A stretch of 63,902 nt of DNA, the filler included, from Octopus bimaculoides (Eukaryota), in assembly GCF_001194135.2 (NCBI RefSeq). It is 5 parts of 5 records of this genome, joined end to end, with 100 filler letters (N's around TTAATTAATTAA, not from the genome) between each part and the next. Parts side by side here need not be neighbours in the genome. Positions count along the whole stretch, not along the records: positions 51,644 to 62,761 come from NC_068982.1; positions 62,862 to 63,902 come from NW_026371787.1; 3 more parts are not named here. The stretch is one strand, 5' to 3'. The notes under the pieces were generated by a model. It was given only the letters and a program-made list of their open reading frames with translations, was not told where the DNA came from and did not search any database. Both the position numbers and the translations under genes were made by a program. This document shows, piece by piece, positions 52,610 through 63,902 of the stretch. Each line of letters opens with the position of its first letter. Position 1 is the first letter of the stretch.

Positions 52610-53310
52610 CAGGCTGTTCAAAAAGTCTCTTCTGCAGTAAGTATTTTATTGCAAAATAAATATTTATAGGATGGTATAAAACTAAAAAGGATATATTAGA
52701 CTTCATCAAACTTTAAAAACTTTATGAGAGGTGTTGAAAGTGTAATCCTTCATTTTCAATACATAAGTTGACTCTTCTACACATGATTTGAAATACATCT
52801 TGGAGAGTCTGACGCGGTATGTACCGTGTGAAGGTTATGATTGCGTCTTTTTGCTCATTAATGGTTTTCGGGCGATTCTTGTACACTGATACTTTACTTG
52901 CTCCCCAGAGAAATATAAGTCTGGCGGTGTTAAATCAGGTGATTTTGGTGGCCCAAGTCCCTTCGAAATAATCCGTTCACCGAAAAGTAGCACCGTGACG
53001 ATGCCCGAAGTAGGTGCTGCAGCTCCCTCTTGCTGAAAGTATGCATTATTAATTTCACTTTTAGTGAGTTGGCCTAAAAAATGGAGAGACAAGATTTGAG
53101 TAATATCTTTCGGGATGCAGAAGTTGCTCATGCGTCATGTGACGCATGAGCAACCTCTGCATCCCGAAAAAGTTGGAGTATGAATAGCAATTTCGAGAAA
53201 GCTTGTTTTGGGGACCGATATTTTTTGAAGATACCATCAACACCTTATCTTAGTTTGATAGTTGAGCTCCGATTGGCTGTATGCAAATGAGTTCATAACT
53301 GGGGTCCGGA
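52610..53310 (-). mobile_element. Tc1/mariner transposase remnant with one TIR
   Basis: YFQQEGA...RIISKGLGPPKSPDLTPPDLYFSG (degenerate WPPRSPDL motif); TA then caggctgttcaaaaagtc at 52608-52627. Confidence 0.85.
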
Positions 53311-53573
53311 ACTCTCGTGGGAAAATTTTTCGCTGCCCGACGTGCTAATGATTATGTAAGCTCGCCGCCTTATACAACGTTAATAATATTCGCAACAACA
53401 TGATATAATGTCAAAATTAGCTACACCGCCACCACCACAACCTTCCAAACATCATCATGCAAATAACTCCAACGGCAGCAACAACAGTAATATAAGCACA
53501 CAACACTAACACGGATGTTAAAGTGAACTTATAGTAACAATATTTGCGACAGAGCAGCAGCAACATCATTAAG

Positions 53574-53616
<43 letters not shown>

Positions 53617-53808
53617 GAGAGAGACAGACAGACATAGAGGCGAGGAAGAGAGAGAGAGAGAGAGAGGCGAGGAAGAGAGAGAGAGAGAGAGAGGAAGAAG
53701 AGAGTGGGAGGAAGAGTGGGAGGAAGAGAGGGAGGAAAAGGGAGATAGAGAGGGAAGAAGAGAGGGAGGAAGAGAGGAAGGGAGAGGGAGAAGAGAAAGG
53801 GAGGGGTA

Positions 53809-53851
<43 letters not shown>

Positions 53852-54965
53852 TGGCCGCCCTACCTGCAAGAAAGTGTAATCTATATTACATCTTAGCGTC
53901 CGAATAAAGGACCCATTGGTAAACGTGGACTATCTTTGATTATGGGTCTGTTCAAACATGGTTGATCTGAGGTTAAATAACAACAGCAACAATGACGACG
54001 ATGACAACAACAACAACAACAACGAAAATGATGATGACACCAGCAGTAAGACTGACGATGGCTATGACCATCAATCAGCACCACCGTGACCATCATCACA
54101 ACAACAACAACACTGCCATCATCACCACCACTGTTTTCACTTCCAACGCCAAGGACATAAATCACCACCACCATCACCACTATCACCACCATTATCCCCA
54201 ACGCCACCACCATCACTATCAACATCACTACCACACACAACACTATCGTCCTCCCCGCCAACACCATCAAATACCACCACGGCCATCATTACCTCCATCT
54301 ACACCATCTTCATCATCGACATCATCACAACCTCCAGCACCTTCTTTACAAAAAACACTGGCAGCAGAAACACCACCGCCGCCACCACNNNNNNNNNNNN
54401 NNNNNNNNNNNNNNNNNNNNNNNNNNNNNNNNNNNNNNNNNNNNNNNNNNNNNNNNNNNNNNNNNNNNNNNNNNNNNNNNNNNNNNNNNNNNNNNNNNNN
54501 NNNNNNNNNNNNNNNNNNNNNNNNNNNNNNNNNNNNNNNNNNNNNNNNNNNNNNNNNNNNNNNNNNNNNNNNNNNNNNNNNNNNNNNNNNNNNNNNNNNN
54601 NNNNNNNNNNNNNNNNNNNNNNNNNNNNNNNNNNNNNNNNNNNNNNNNNNNNNNNNNNNNNNNNNNNNNNNNNNNNNNNNNNNNNNNNNNNNNNNNNNNN
54701 NNNNNNNNNNNNNNNNNNNNNNNNNNNNNNNNNNNNNNNNNNNNNNNNNNNNNNNNNNNNNNNNNNNNNNNNNNNNNNNNNNNNNNNNNNNNNNNNNNNN
54801 NNNNNNNNNNNNNNNNNNNNNNNNNNNNNNNNNNNNNNNNNNNNNNNNNNNNNNNNNNNNNNNNNNNNNNNNNNNNNNNNNNNNNNNNNNNNNNNNNNNN
54901 NNNNNNNNNNNNNNNNNNNNNNNNNNNNNNNNNNNNNNNNNNNNNNNNNNNNNNNNATATATATA

Positions 54966-55769
54966 ATATTAGGATAAAGACTTTATAAGAATTTATCAAG
55001 TACTTAGCGTGAAAAAACATCATAAGGAAAAAAAACCCATAATTTTTTTCCTTAAATTTTTTTCCTTAATTTAATATACATAAGGGCATTACTATACAAT
55101 AATGCCTCACGCTTAGCGGGACTCCATAAGTCAAAACTACCAAAATAAGCAAATGTTTACCGATCGCGAGGGAATGCAACTTTCAAAGCTAATCTCCTAA
55201 AAACTTTTAACTTAACGGTAAACCAATGGTTTCATAATCAATGCAGTAAGCTATGCAGTAAACTGCATCTTTTATTCATCAGTACACGTATGGTCAAGAT
55301 ACATAAAAATAAACAAAAATCAACATACCCTGACGAACATTCCATGTATTCAGCACAGTACATAGACGATTGTTCATCCCTATATATCCGTGAAAGAGGC
55401 GGGCTTTTTAAGTTACACTTCGGCACATGTACTTTTACGGAATAATATTCAGCACTGAATATATTCTAATTAATCATAGTATACTATTAGGATAAAGACT
55501 TTATAAGAATTTATAAAGTAGTTAGCGTGAAAAAACCTCATAAGGAAAAAAAAAAAACATCATTTTTTTCCCATAAATATATATAATTTAATTTATATAA
55601 GGGCATTACTATACAATAATGCCTCACGCTTAGAGGGACTCCATAAGTCGAAACTACCAAAATAAGCACATTTTTACCGATCGCCAGGGAATGCAACTTT
55701 CAAAGCTAACCTCCTAAAAACTTTTAACTTAACGGTAAACCAATGGTTTCATAATTAATGCAGTAAACT
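54966..55769. repeat. Pair of about 285-bp direct repeats, period about 520 bp
   Basis: 54966-55250 and 55485-55769 align at roughly 90% by eye. Confidence 0.9.
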
Positions 55770-57122
55770 GGTGTGGGTGCTGGGAAGTGGTCAGTGCTAC
55801 TGTGTGCGGGGTGGTGTGATGTTGTGTGGTATGGTGGTGTGTGGTGTGGTGTAGTGGTGTGTGGTGTGGTGGTGTGATGGTGTGGTGGTGTTGGTGTGTG
55901 GGGAGGCGAAAGTGGGGGAAGTAAAGGTGGGTTGTAAGGGATGGAATGTATAGGGATGGTGGGTTGGAATGTGTAGGGGTGGGGTAACGAGGGAGCGGGT
56001 GGTGACGAAGGGAGAGGGTAGAAGGGAGAAGGTGGGTAGGAGTGAAGAGGGGAAGTAGGTGTCAGAGCAGTATGTATGTATATTATCTTCCATTTTTTTC
56101 ATTCATTAGCCTGCGGTCATGCTGGGATAGCGCATGAATAATGTAAGTCGAACGAACCGACCCCAGTACTTATTTTTTCAAGCTTGGTACTAATTATATC
56201 GGCCTCTTTTGCCTAACCGCTAATTTACGGTGACGTAAACACACCAACACTGGTTGTCAAGCGGTAATGAGAGACAAACACAGACACTTCACACACACAC
56301 ACATACTCACAGACGCACACACGCACATGCACACATACACACACATATACACACACGCACATGCACACATACACACACACACACGTAAACATACACATAC
56401 ACACTCACTCACACACACACATATTACAGACTTCGGTCATCATTTGGGCAATTAACACTTTTGTGCCACCACCACCACCACCAACACCAACAACAACAGT
56501 ACCCTTCATACCACTGTCACCACTACTACCAGCAGTACCACTTCTGTCTAAAACTACAACAGCATCATAGCCATTACACACACATTCACTTAGCGAATGG
56601 CACCTTCATTTCCACCACCACCAGATCATCACCAACAGCACCAATACAACCGCCACCACCATTACCACCCCCACTACTACAAAAACAACTGTCATTAAGC
56701 ATAAATTACCATGTAGCATCTTCGAAACCATTCTTGATTTTTTCCGTCACTCCGCCGCCACCCCACCCCACCCTACCATTCTATCATCATCATCATGCAC
56801 CCTCTCTATCCACGTCACTACTAATACACCCCCTTTCCTCCCCTTTCTTCCCACTACGTCTAAAACTACCACATCCTATCACCTCACACATACACATATT
56901 CATATGCACAAGAACCCATAAGTACACATACATACACAGTCACAAACACAGGTGTATATATCGCGGAAATCTATGCCTATATAGGTGGAGGAGTGGCTGC
57001 ATTGTAAGAAGTTTACTTTCCAGGTGTCTTCTACTATAGCCTTGGGCGGACCAGAGGTTTGTGAGTGGATTTGGTTGACAGAAACTGGAAGAAGCCCTTT
57101 GTGTGTGCATGTGTGTGTGTGT

Positions 57123-57184
<62 letters not shown>

Positions 57185-58686
57185 GGTGACTGGTAATTTG
57201 ACTCTGACTCCTGAGAATTTCACTTATGGTATTTTGACTCCGGTAATTTGACTGCCGGTCAATTTCACTCCAGGTAATTTCACTCCCGATATTAGAAAAA
57301 AAAAGTTCAATAAAGATAAAATAAAAGGTACAGTAAAACATAGAAATATTACTAAAAGCTTCAATAATGGTGACGGTTATGAGCTATTGCTCGTAAAAAA
57401 AATCCATTTTATTTTCGGGAGTATATCGCTCAATAATTCTCTGCAACCGTTTTTTTTATTTATATCTTTATACTTCTTTGGTCGAAGAGCAGGGCATGTG
57501 AACCATTTCCTTTTCATCAAGCTTTTCGCAAGCAGTCGCAATAAATGAACAAGATGATTCCTGGGAAGCAGCTGCTTGTGCCTTTAGGTCCGCTAAAGTT
57601 TTGCAAACTTTGGTTTTGAAGCACACAAACTATGATGATATTCACCAATGTGTTTAATTATGGCATAATCTTCATCGTGTGTCATAGTGTGAACTCGAGC
57701 TTTACAAGACTTAATTTCTCATTTCCAGTAAGTCTTAGATACATCGGCATTTTATTTCTGTGCTTCATATATGTTACACAGCTCAGAGTGAACTGCTTCT
57801 CAATCAACTCCTAATAACTCGACAGTTCTTTATTTATAGCAAATGTGACAGTCCACTTTTAATCATATGGGGATGTTCGAAATCCTTCTACGACAGTAGC
57901 GAATGAGACAGGAATGGATCACGGGTAAACATGTAAATTCATTAAGTAAAACACCTGAATGGATGACTGAAAAGATACTTTCAGTTAACTAAACCACTCT
58001 ATAAATAAACATCCGAGTAGGTGACTTAAATGATACTTTTAGTTAACTGAATGACCCTGTAAATCATCATCTGCATCAACAACAACAACGACAACAACAA
58101 CAATATTTAGATACTTTGATAGGTTTCGGCCACATTGGTCCAGGCGATAGCTAACTTAATAGCACCACCTAGAAAAGACATTAAATAATACATGTTTGTA
58201 TAGTTATTTTTAGGCACCATTGCCCCATTCGATTAAAGAGTTGTTGTTTGGAGTAGTATATATGGGTGTACGTGGTTTATCTGGAATTTGTTGAAGATAT
58301 TCATCCAGGAACTTTTTGAAGGTTATGAAATCTTTTGCCTCCTTTATATGTTTTGGAATGATGTTAAAAAGAGTAGGTCCAGTTGAGGAGTAGTTCTGTC
58401 TTAGTGTTGTGATGTCCTGAGAGCACGATTTCTGTAGAGGACGCATGGCAAGGGGACCAAGACTTGGGTGGATTTTAAAAGTGATACCGATATTATTTGG
58501 GCAATACTGTCGGAACAATTTCCACATCATACAAATAATTATGAATTTCAACTTTATATTTTGTTTTTTAATATTAGGAGTGAAATTACCGGGAGTGAAA
58601 TTGACCGGCAGTCAAATTAACGGGGGGCAAATTTCTGAAGCCCAAATACCGGGAGTGAAATTACCAGGAGTGAAATTACCTAGAAC
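57185..58686 (-). mobile_element. Mutator/Phantom-like foldback element with FLYWCH remnant
   Basis: Inverted arms 57185-57298 and 58566-58686 built of ggtaatttcactcc sub-repeats; minus strand 57500-57785 reads KTYWK*EIKSCKARVHT...EYHH. Confidence 0.75.
58090..58545 (-). mobile_element. CR1-like LINE 3' end nested in the foldback element
   Basis: TGPTLFNIIPKHIK...FKKFLDEYLQQIPDKP...NNSLIEW; 3' end cctggaccaat..ggccgaaac.tatc shared with 10259-10620. Confidence 0.85.
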
Positions 58687-59324
58687 AATATATNNNNNNN
58701 NNNNNNNNNNNNNNNNNNNNNNNNNNNNNNNNNNNNNNNNNNNNNNNNNNNNNNNNNNNNNNNNNNNNNNNNNNNNNNNNNNNNNNNNNNNNNNNNNNNN
58801 NNNNNNNNNNNNNNNNNNNNNNNNNNNNNNNNNNNNNNNNNNNNNNNNNNNNNNNNNNNNNNNNNNNNNNNNNNNNNNNNNNNNNNNNNNNNNNNNNNNN
58901 NNNNNNNNNNNNNNNNNNNNNNNNNNNNNNNNNNNNNNNNNNNNNNNNNNNNNNNNNNNNNNNNNNNNNNNNNNNNNNNNNNNNNNNNNNNNNNNNNNNN
59001 NNNNNNNNNNNNNNNNNNNNNNNNNNNNNNNNNNNNNNNNNNNNNNNNNNNNNNNNNNNNNNNNNNNNNNNNNNNNNNNNNNNNNNNNNNNNNNNNNNNN
59101 NNNNNNNNNNNNNNNNNNNNNNNNNNNNNNNNNNNNNNNNNNNNNNNNNNNNNNNNNNNNNNNNNNNNNNNNNNNNNNNNNNNNNNNNNNNNNNNNNNNN
59201 NNNNNNNNNNNNNNNNNNNNNNNNNNNNNNNNNNNNNNNNNNNNNNNNNNNNNNNNNNNNNNNNNNNNNNNNNNNNNNNNNNNNNNNNNNNNNNNNNNNN
59301 NNNNNNNNNNNNNNNNNNNNNNNN

Positions 59325-59361
<37 letters not shown>

Positions 59362-59859
59362 GTATGTATGTATGTATGTATGTATGCACGTATGTATGTA
59401 CGTATGTATGTATGTACTTATATATACACATATATATGTGTTTGTGTGTGAGTGCGTGTATCTATGTATGTGTGTCTTTATGTTTGTGTTTACCTACCAC
59501 CATCACCTGAGAACAGGTGTTAGTTCGTTTAGTGCCACGGCAAAAGGGAAGGATAATTGTATTAGGCTATAAACACTCGGGTTTATTTGTTAATTACACA
59601 CTTCAAAACAATGTCCCAACATACACATGCGTCCAAGCATGTACACATATACACACATAAATGTGCAAGATTTTTGTTGGATTAATCCGAGTTACAAACT
59701 TTTTTCGTAGGTATAGTAGTTGAAAACTGGAGAACTTTTAGATAATTTCAGTAGTATTTTATTTAGTTTCAAGCTATAGAAATTGAGTTTGAGTTTATTA
59801 TGGGGACTGTTTATGGTTTACCGTTAAAAAAAGTTATTGATTTCAGATGTCTTAGTGGT

Positions 59860-61330
59860 GTGTAGATTTTGTGTTTGCAGGAAGAGACTAACTCCGAATT
59901 CCAGTTCAGTATTTGATTTCTAAATATGAGAATGTGATAAGTTTGATTGATATTAAGTCGGCAAGGTTTCTTTTTTTTTCTTGACATGGTTATGCATGTG
60001 CCAATATTTTCCAGTTAATGCTAAATGGAGTATTTCTTTTATTTTAGTGTCCATCTATGTTGGGATAATGAAGTGTCATTTTTTCCTGACTGAATTGTGA
60101 AACGTATATGTGCGTTGGTTGAAGGATGTATTCAACTGGCTTACTGTAGACTCTATATAAATTGGTATTGTTGACGGTGTAGTGTTCATGGTTACAGTTA
60201 CGTAATGGATAACGTTATTTGTAAAGAAGTTTCCTTTTAGAGGGCAAGATGAGGACTTTCTGAAATTGCAATTGTTGCTGCGATATGTGTGGCTTTGGGT
60301 TTCCCCTTTAGAAAGTTTTAGGTGGTTGTAAATGGCTACAGGTTTTCTGAAGTTTAAGACGATCTGAAGCATGGAGTATGATATTTTTATGTTTTTGTTT
60401 ATTAGTTTGTGATCCTTGTGGTTGAAGTGGAAGTATTTGGGAGTATTTTAAAAAGTATTTTGGCTATCTGTGTGGAGACTTGTGTGTAAAAGGATGGAAT
60501 GAATTGGATAATCTTCCTTTTTCTATTTTTATGTTTTTTTCTTGTAGGTGTGGTCCTGATTGTGTATTGTACTTTTTTACTGTTACTCAGGGCTTCGTTA
60601 TACCGAATTATTATTTCAGTTAATATGTTTTCGTTGGAAGATAAAGAAGAAAGTCTTAGCAATACGTTACGTGGAAGCTTTTAATTGTACTTTGGGATGG
60701 ATGAATTGCCAATGTAAAGTTTATAAATACTGGCTTCTAAGTCTTGAGTAATATCGAGAAAGGTGACTGCTTTAAATGTGTTTCTAGTGTAATGGATAAG
60801 TCTACGTTTTTAAAGAAGTCGTGTAGTTCTTTCCTAAATTTATCAGGAATTTCTGTGGTTTGTAGTTTCTTAGGAGTAGACCGTCGTCTCTATAGAAACC
60901 ACCTGAGACGAAAGGAAATTTGCTGTGTAAATTGGCTAATATGTAAAGGCCGACGATGTCGCTTGCCTCTGCTGAATCCTTTGATCCCATGCTAACGTCG
61001 TATTGTTCTTTAGAGCTTTTCTTAACCAGAAAGCATTGTTGTGGAAAACAAAAGATTTCCATGTAGCATTGTTTCTATTTCAGTGTTGTTTATTGTGTTT
61101 AGTGTTTTTGCAAAGCTCAAACAATTATAAGTATTGATTTTCTTATTGATGCGTAAGAGTCTTTTGATATTAAACTGAAAGAAATGGCATTTATTTTTGT
61201 TTCAGAATCGTCTTAAACCAATTTTTCACTTTGCATGTGTTACCCCAAAGCGGTAACGTTGAGTGTGTTTATTCTCGGTGAGAATGTGTCAATGATTCTT
61301 TTCTACAAATGATGCATGAGAATGTAAAAT
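59860..61330 (-). mobile_element. Second Penelope-like remnant, different clade from 29.4-30.8 kb
   Basis: YDVSMGSKDSAEASDIVGLYIL; GFYRDDGLL; RLSSLSSNE...YNEAL; NRKRKII.FIP; C...SSCPLKGN...VIHY; NWNSELVSSCKH. Confidence 0.88.
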
Positions 61331-63228
61331 ATCCTTGCGAAGGATTCGGAGCAGTTGATAGAGTCTTATGATAAGAATTTCCTACTGAAGATCTGCACGA
61401 ATTAGTACATTAAAGAATCCAACATGAGTCTGGAGACTCTCCTGTGGAGTCAGTAATACCAGAAGGAATTCTAATTCCGCAGTAACTGCACTGTTAAGGT
61501 TATAAACACAGGAACAAGTTTACCAAGGAGTACCATCTCTAGCTGCTCAAAGAACGGTCTACTGAGTAATAACTCAAAGAGATGCATCAGGATTGGGAGT
61601 GCAGAGTGAGATACTTTAACTGGAAGCATACAGAGAGGTACCCTGACTAGGAGCAAAGAGAGGTACTCTGTGCATGATATTATAAAAGCAAATAAATCTC
61701 TACCGGTTCCGTTGTGTCAAGTTGTTTTGGTCAACTGAAGTACAAATGCAATTAACCTGTAAGAGGTTGAGTATTCATCAGCTAGATGAATCCTTAACAT
61801 AATCCGGACGAAGAATCAACGTGGTACAGTGTATGATGTGATTGTTTCTTTGGGTCACGGATAAAGTCCATCCAGTAGTCTTCCGCATAATTTCTTCGAT
61901 TTCATCCACAAAACTCAAGTCGACTCGATGTTGTAGCAAAACCACTCTCCTGAAATGTGTTACGTATTCGGAGCGAACTCGAGACCTCATTATTGCAAAG
62001 CGAACTTTTCACCACTATATTATGTTTGTTTTTCATTATGAAGACACACATATATATACAAACATTTATGTACACGTACAGGCTATACATATTTACATGC
62101 AAACACACATGCCTGTACACATACATTCAAACGCACGCATACACGTCTATACAGATATGCACACAAATGCGCAAGCATACACACAAATAAATATATATGC
62201 ATAAATGCATACATATACATACACGTTTGCATACATCCATTCACACACATATACATAGATATGTATGCCCTTATTCAGATATCTATTCACATATAACTAT
62301 ATACGCAAATATACATATACATACATATATACACACCTGCACATATTCAAATATATGCATATGTACATACCTACAAACATTCACTCTTACATGTGTGCAT
62401 ATTTACACACACATACACATACTTGTTCACATTCATCTATAAACACAATCATATATATATATACATGTGCATACATCCATACAAGTTCCCATATACATAC
62501 ATATATACACATTTATACCTATACACGCATATACCAATTCTCAAACATCTATCTACGCATGCATATACGTATACACACATCTATCCGCATATATACACAC
62601 ATACCAATTCATATACATCTCTATACACAAGAATATACATACATCAACATGAGATTTCACAGAGATGTGTAAATGCCAATGAAGAAATCGTTCCTTAGTT
62701 AGAGAGCGGCTCCTTCCTTCTTCAAGTAATTTCACTATTAAAAAACAAAAGCAAAACGAATNNNNNNNNNNNNNNNNNNNNNNNNNNNNNNNNNNNNNNN
62801 NNNNNTTAATTAATTAANNNNNNNNNNNNNNNNNNNNNNNNNNNNNNNNNNNNNNNNNNNNCTTTTCAAATTTCTCTACTTCATTGTAACGTGTTCGCTC
62901 CAGTCTATATACTTAAACATACACACTTTAATCGAGGTTAATGGTAGCCTAGAAACTATTACATTCTTTACAAGATATGCAAGATTTATTGCCATGTATA
63001 TTTAACATCGAAATACCATTCCCCATGTTACTCTCACAACCAGCACCGGGATAAGAAAGTCAATATGCATCCCATAATTTTTGTGTGAAAAATCCTAAAT
63101 ATTAAATTCTAATTTTTAATTCTCCTAAAAGAAAGTTTTTATATGATGTAATTAATTTGTTCACCAAAAACAAAAACAAAATTAAAACGTCTGAACAGCT
63201 ATCATGAACATCAGCCCATTTGTGTTAT

Positions 63229-63309
<81 letters not shown>

Positions 63310-63393
63310 CTATTTATTTGGTTTTTATTCCCATGCTGGCCACTTGATAAGATCAATATTTTAAATATCGATCTTATCCTTATTTATATAAAT

Positions 63394-63435
<42 letters not shown>

Positions 63436-63902
63436 TGCATATTATGTATAAGTATATTATATATATGCATATTATGTATGCGTGTATAAATATATATGTA
63501 TGTATAAGCATGTGGGTGTATTTTAGAGCTTAATAAAAAAAAATGTCCAAACGAATAATAAATGTGTTATCTTGAAATATGCTATTTTTGGTAAATGAAC
63601 TTTGATCAGAGCTTAACCTGGTAATGTATGTGTTGTGACAGGTTTCTATCAAGAGTTACGGAATCTACGTTATGTCAATTCCATTACTAAACAACATTCA
63701 ATTAATTTCTTTTAAGATACTGTCATTATTATGGCAAAGTTATAATAGCATGTGTGTGTATGTGTGTGGGTGGGTGCGCACGCACACACACACACACACA
63801 CACACATATGGTCACATGTGTCCAGCTACTAATTTTTTTCATTCTTGGCCTCGCCAAGCACATACGAACATTCTTCTTCGTCCCGTTTCCTTCCAGTTCG
63901 TA

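Noticed and set aside
53992-54966. His/Pro/Thr-rich 324-aa ORF
   Set aside because: Degenerate (CAC/CAT/CAA)n low complexity plus N-gap
61778-61990. 70-aa minus-strand ORF beside the Penelope remnant
   Set aside because: No recognisable motif; cannot separate from chance

Overview
AT-rich, microsatellite-saturated, gapped animal genomic DNA, most likely an octopus draft scaffold (inferred from SINE types and repeat load, not proven). Five minus-strand exons (22684-22887, 16611-16772, 13663-13827, 13198-13262, 5834-6071) have canonical GT-AG sites and splice in frame into 278 aa of extracellular cadherin repeats of the CDH23/CDHR1/Cad87A type. The exons that must encode the signal peptide and first repeats are not visible in 22.9-63.9 kb, so that region is probably one giant intron (or exons are hidden in N-gaps). 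Inside it I find a candidate six-exon plus-strand gene (34056-40897, 133 aa, no family recognised). The rest is mobile DNA: several tRNA-derived SINE families, two distinct Penelope-like remnants, CR1-like and R4/Dong-like LINE 3' ends, a mariner remnant, two TA-flanked MITEs and a Mutator/Phantom-like foldback element with a FLYWCH remnant. Notable small signals are a consensus CTCF site next to a cadherin exon, hammerhead-ribozyme-like cores, a candidate UG-flanked poison exon and a 62-bp hairpin. Almost all ORFs in the supplied track are microsatellite or N-gap artefacts. Repeat boundaries are approximate; exon boundaries were counted by hand.
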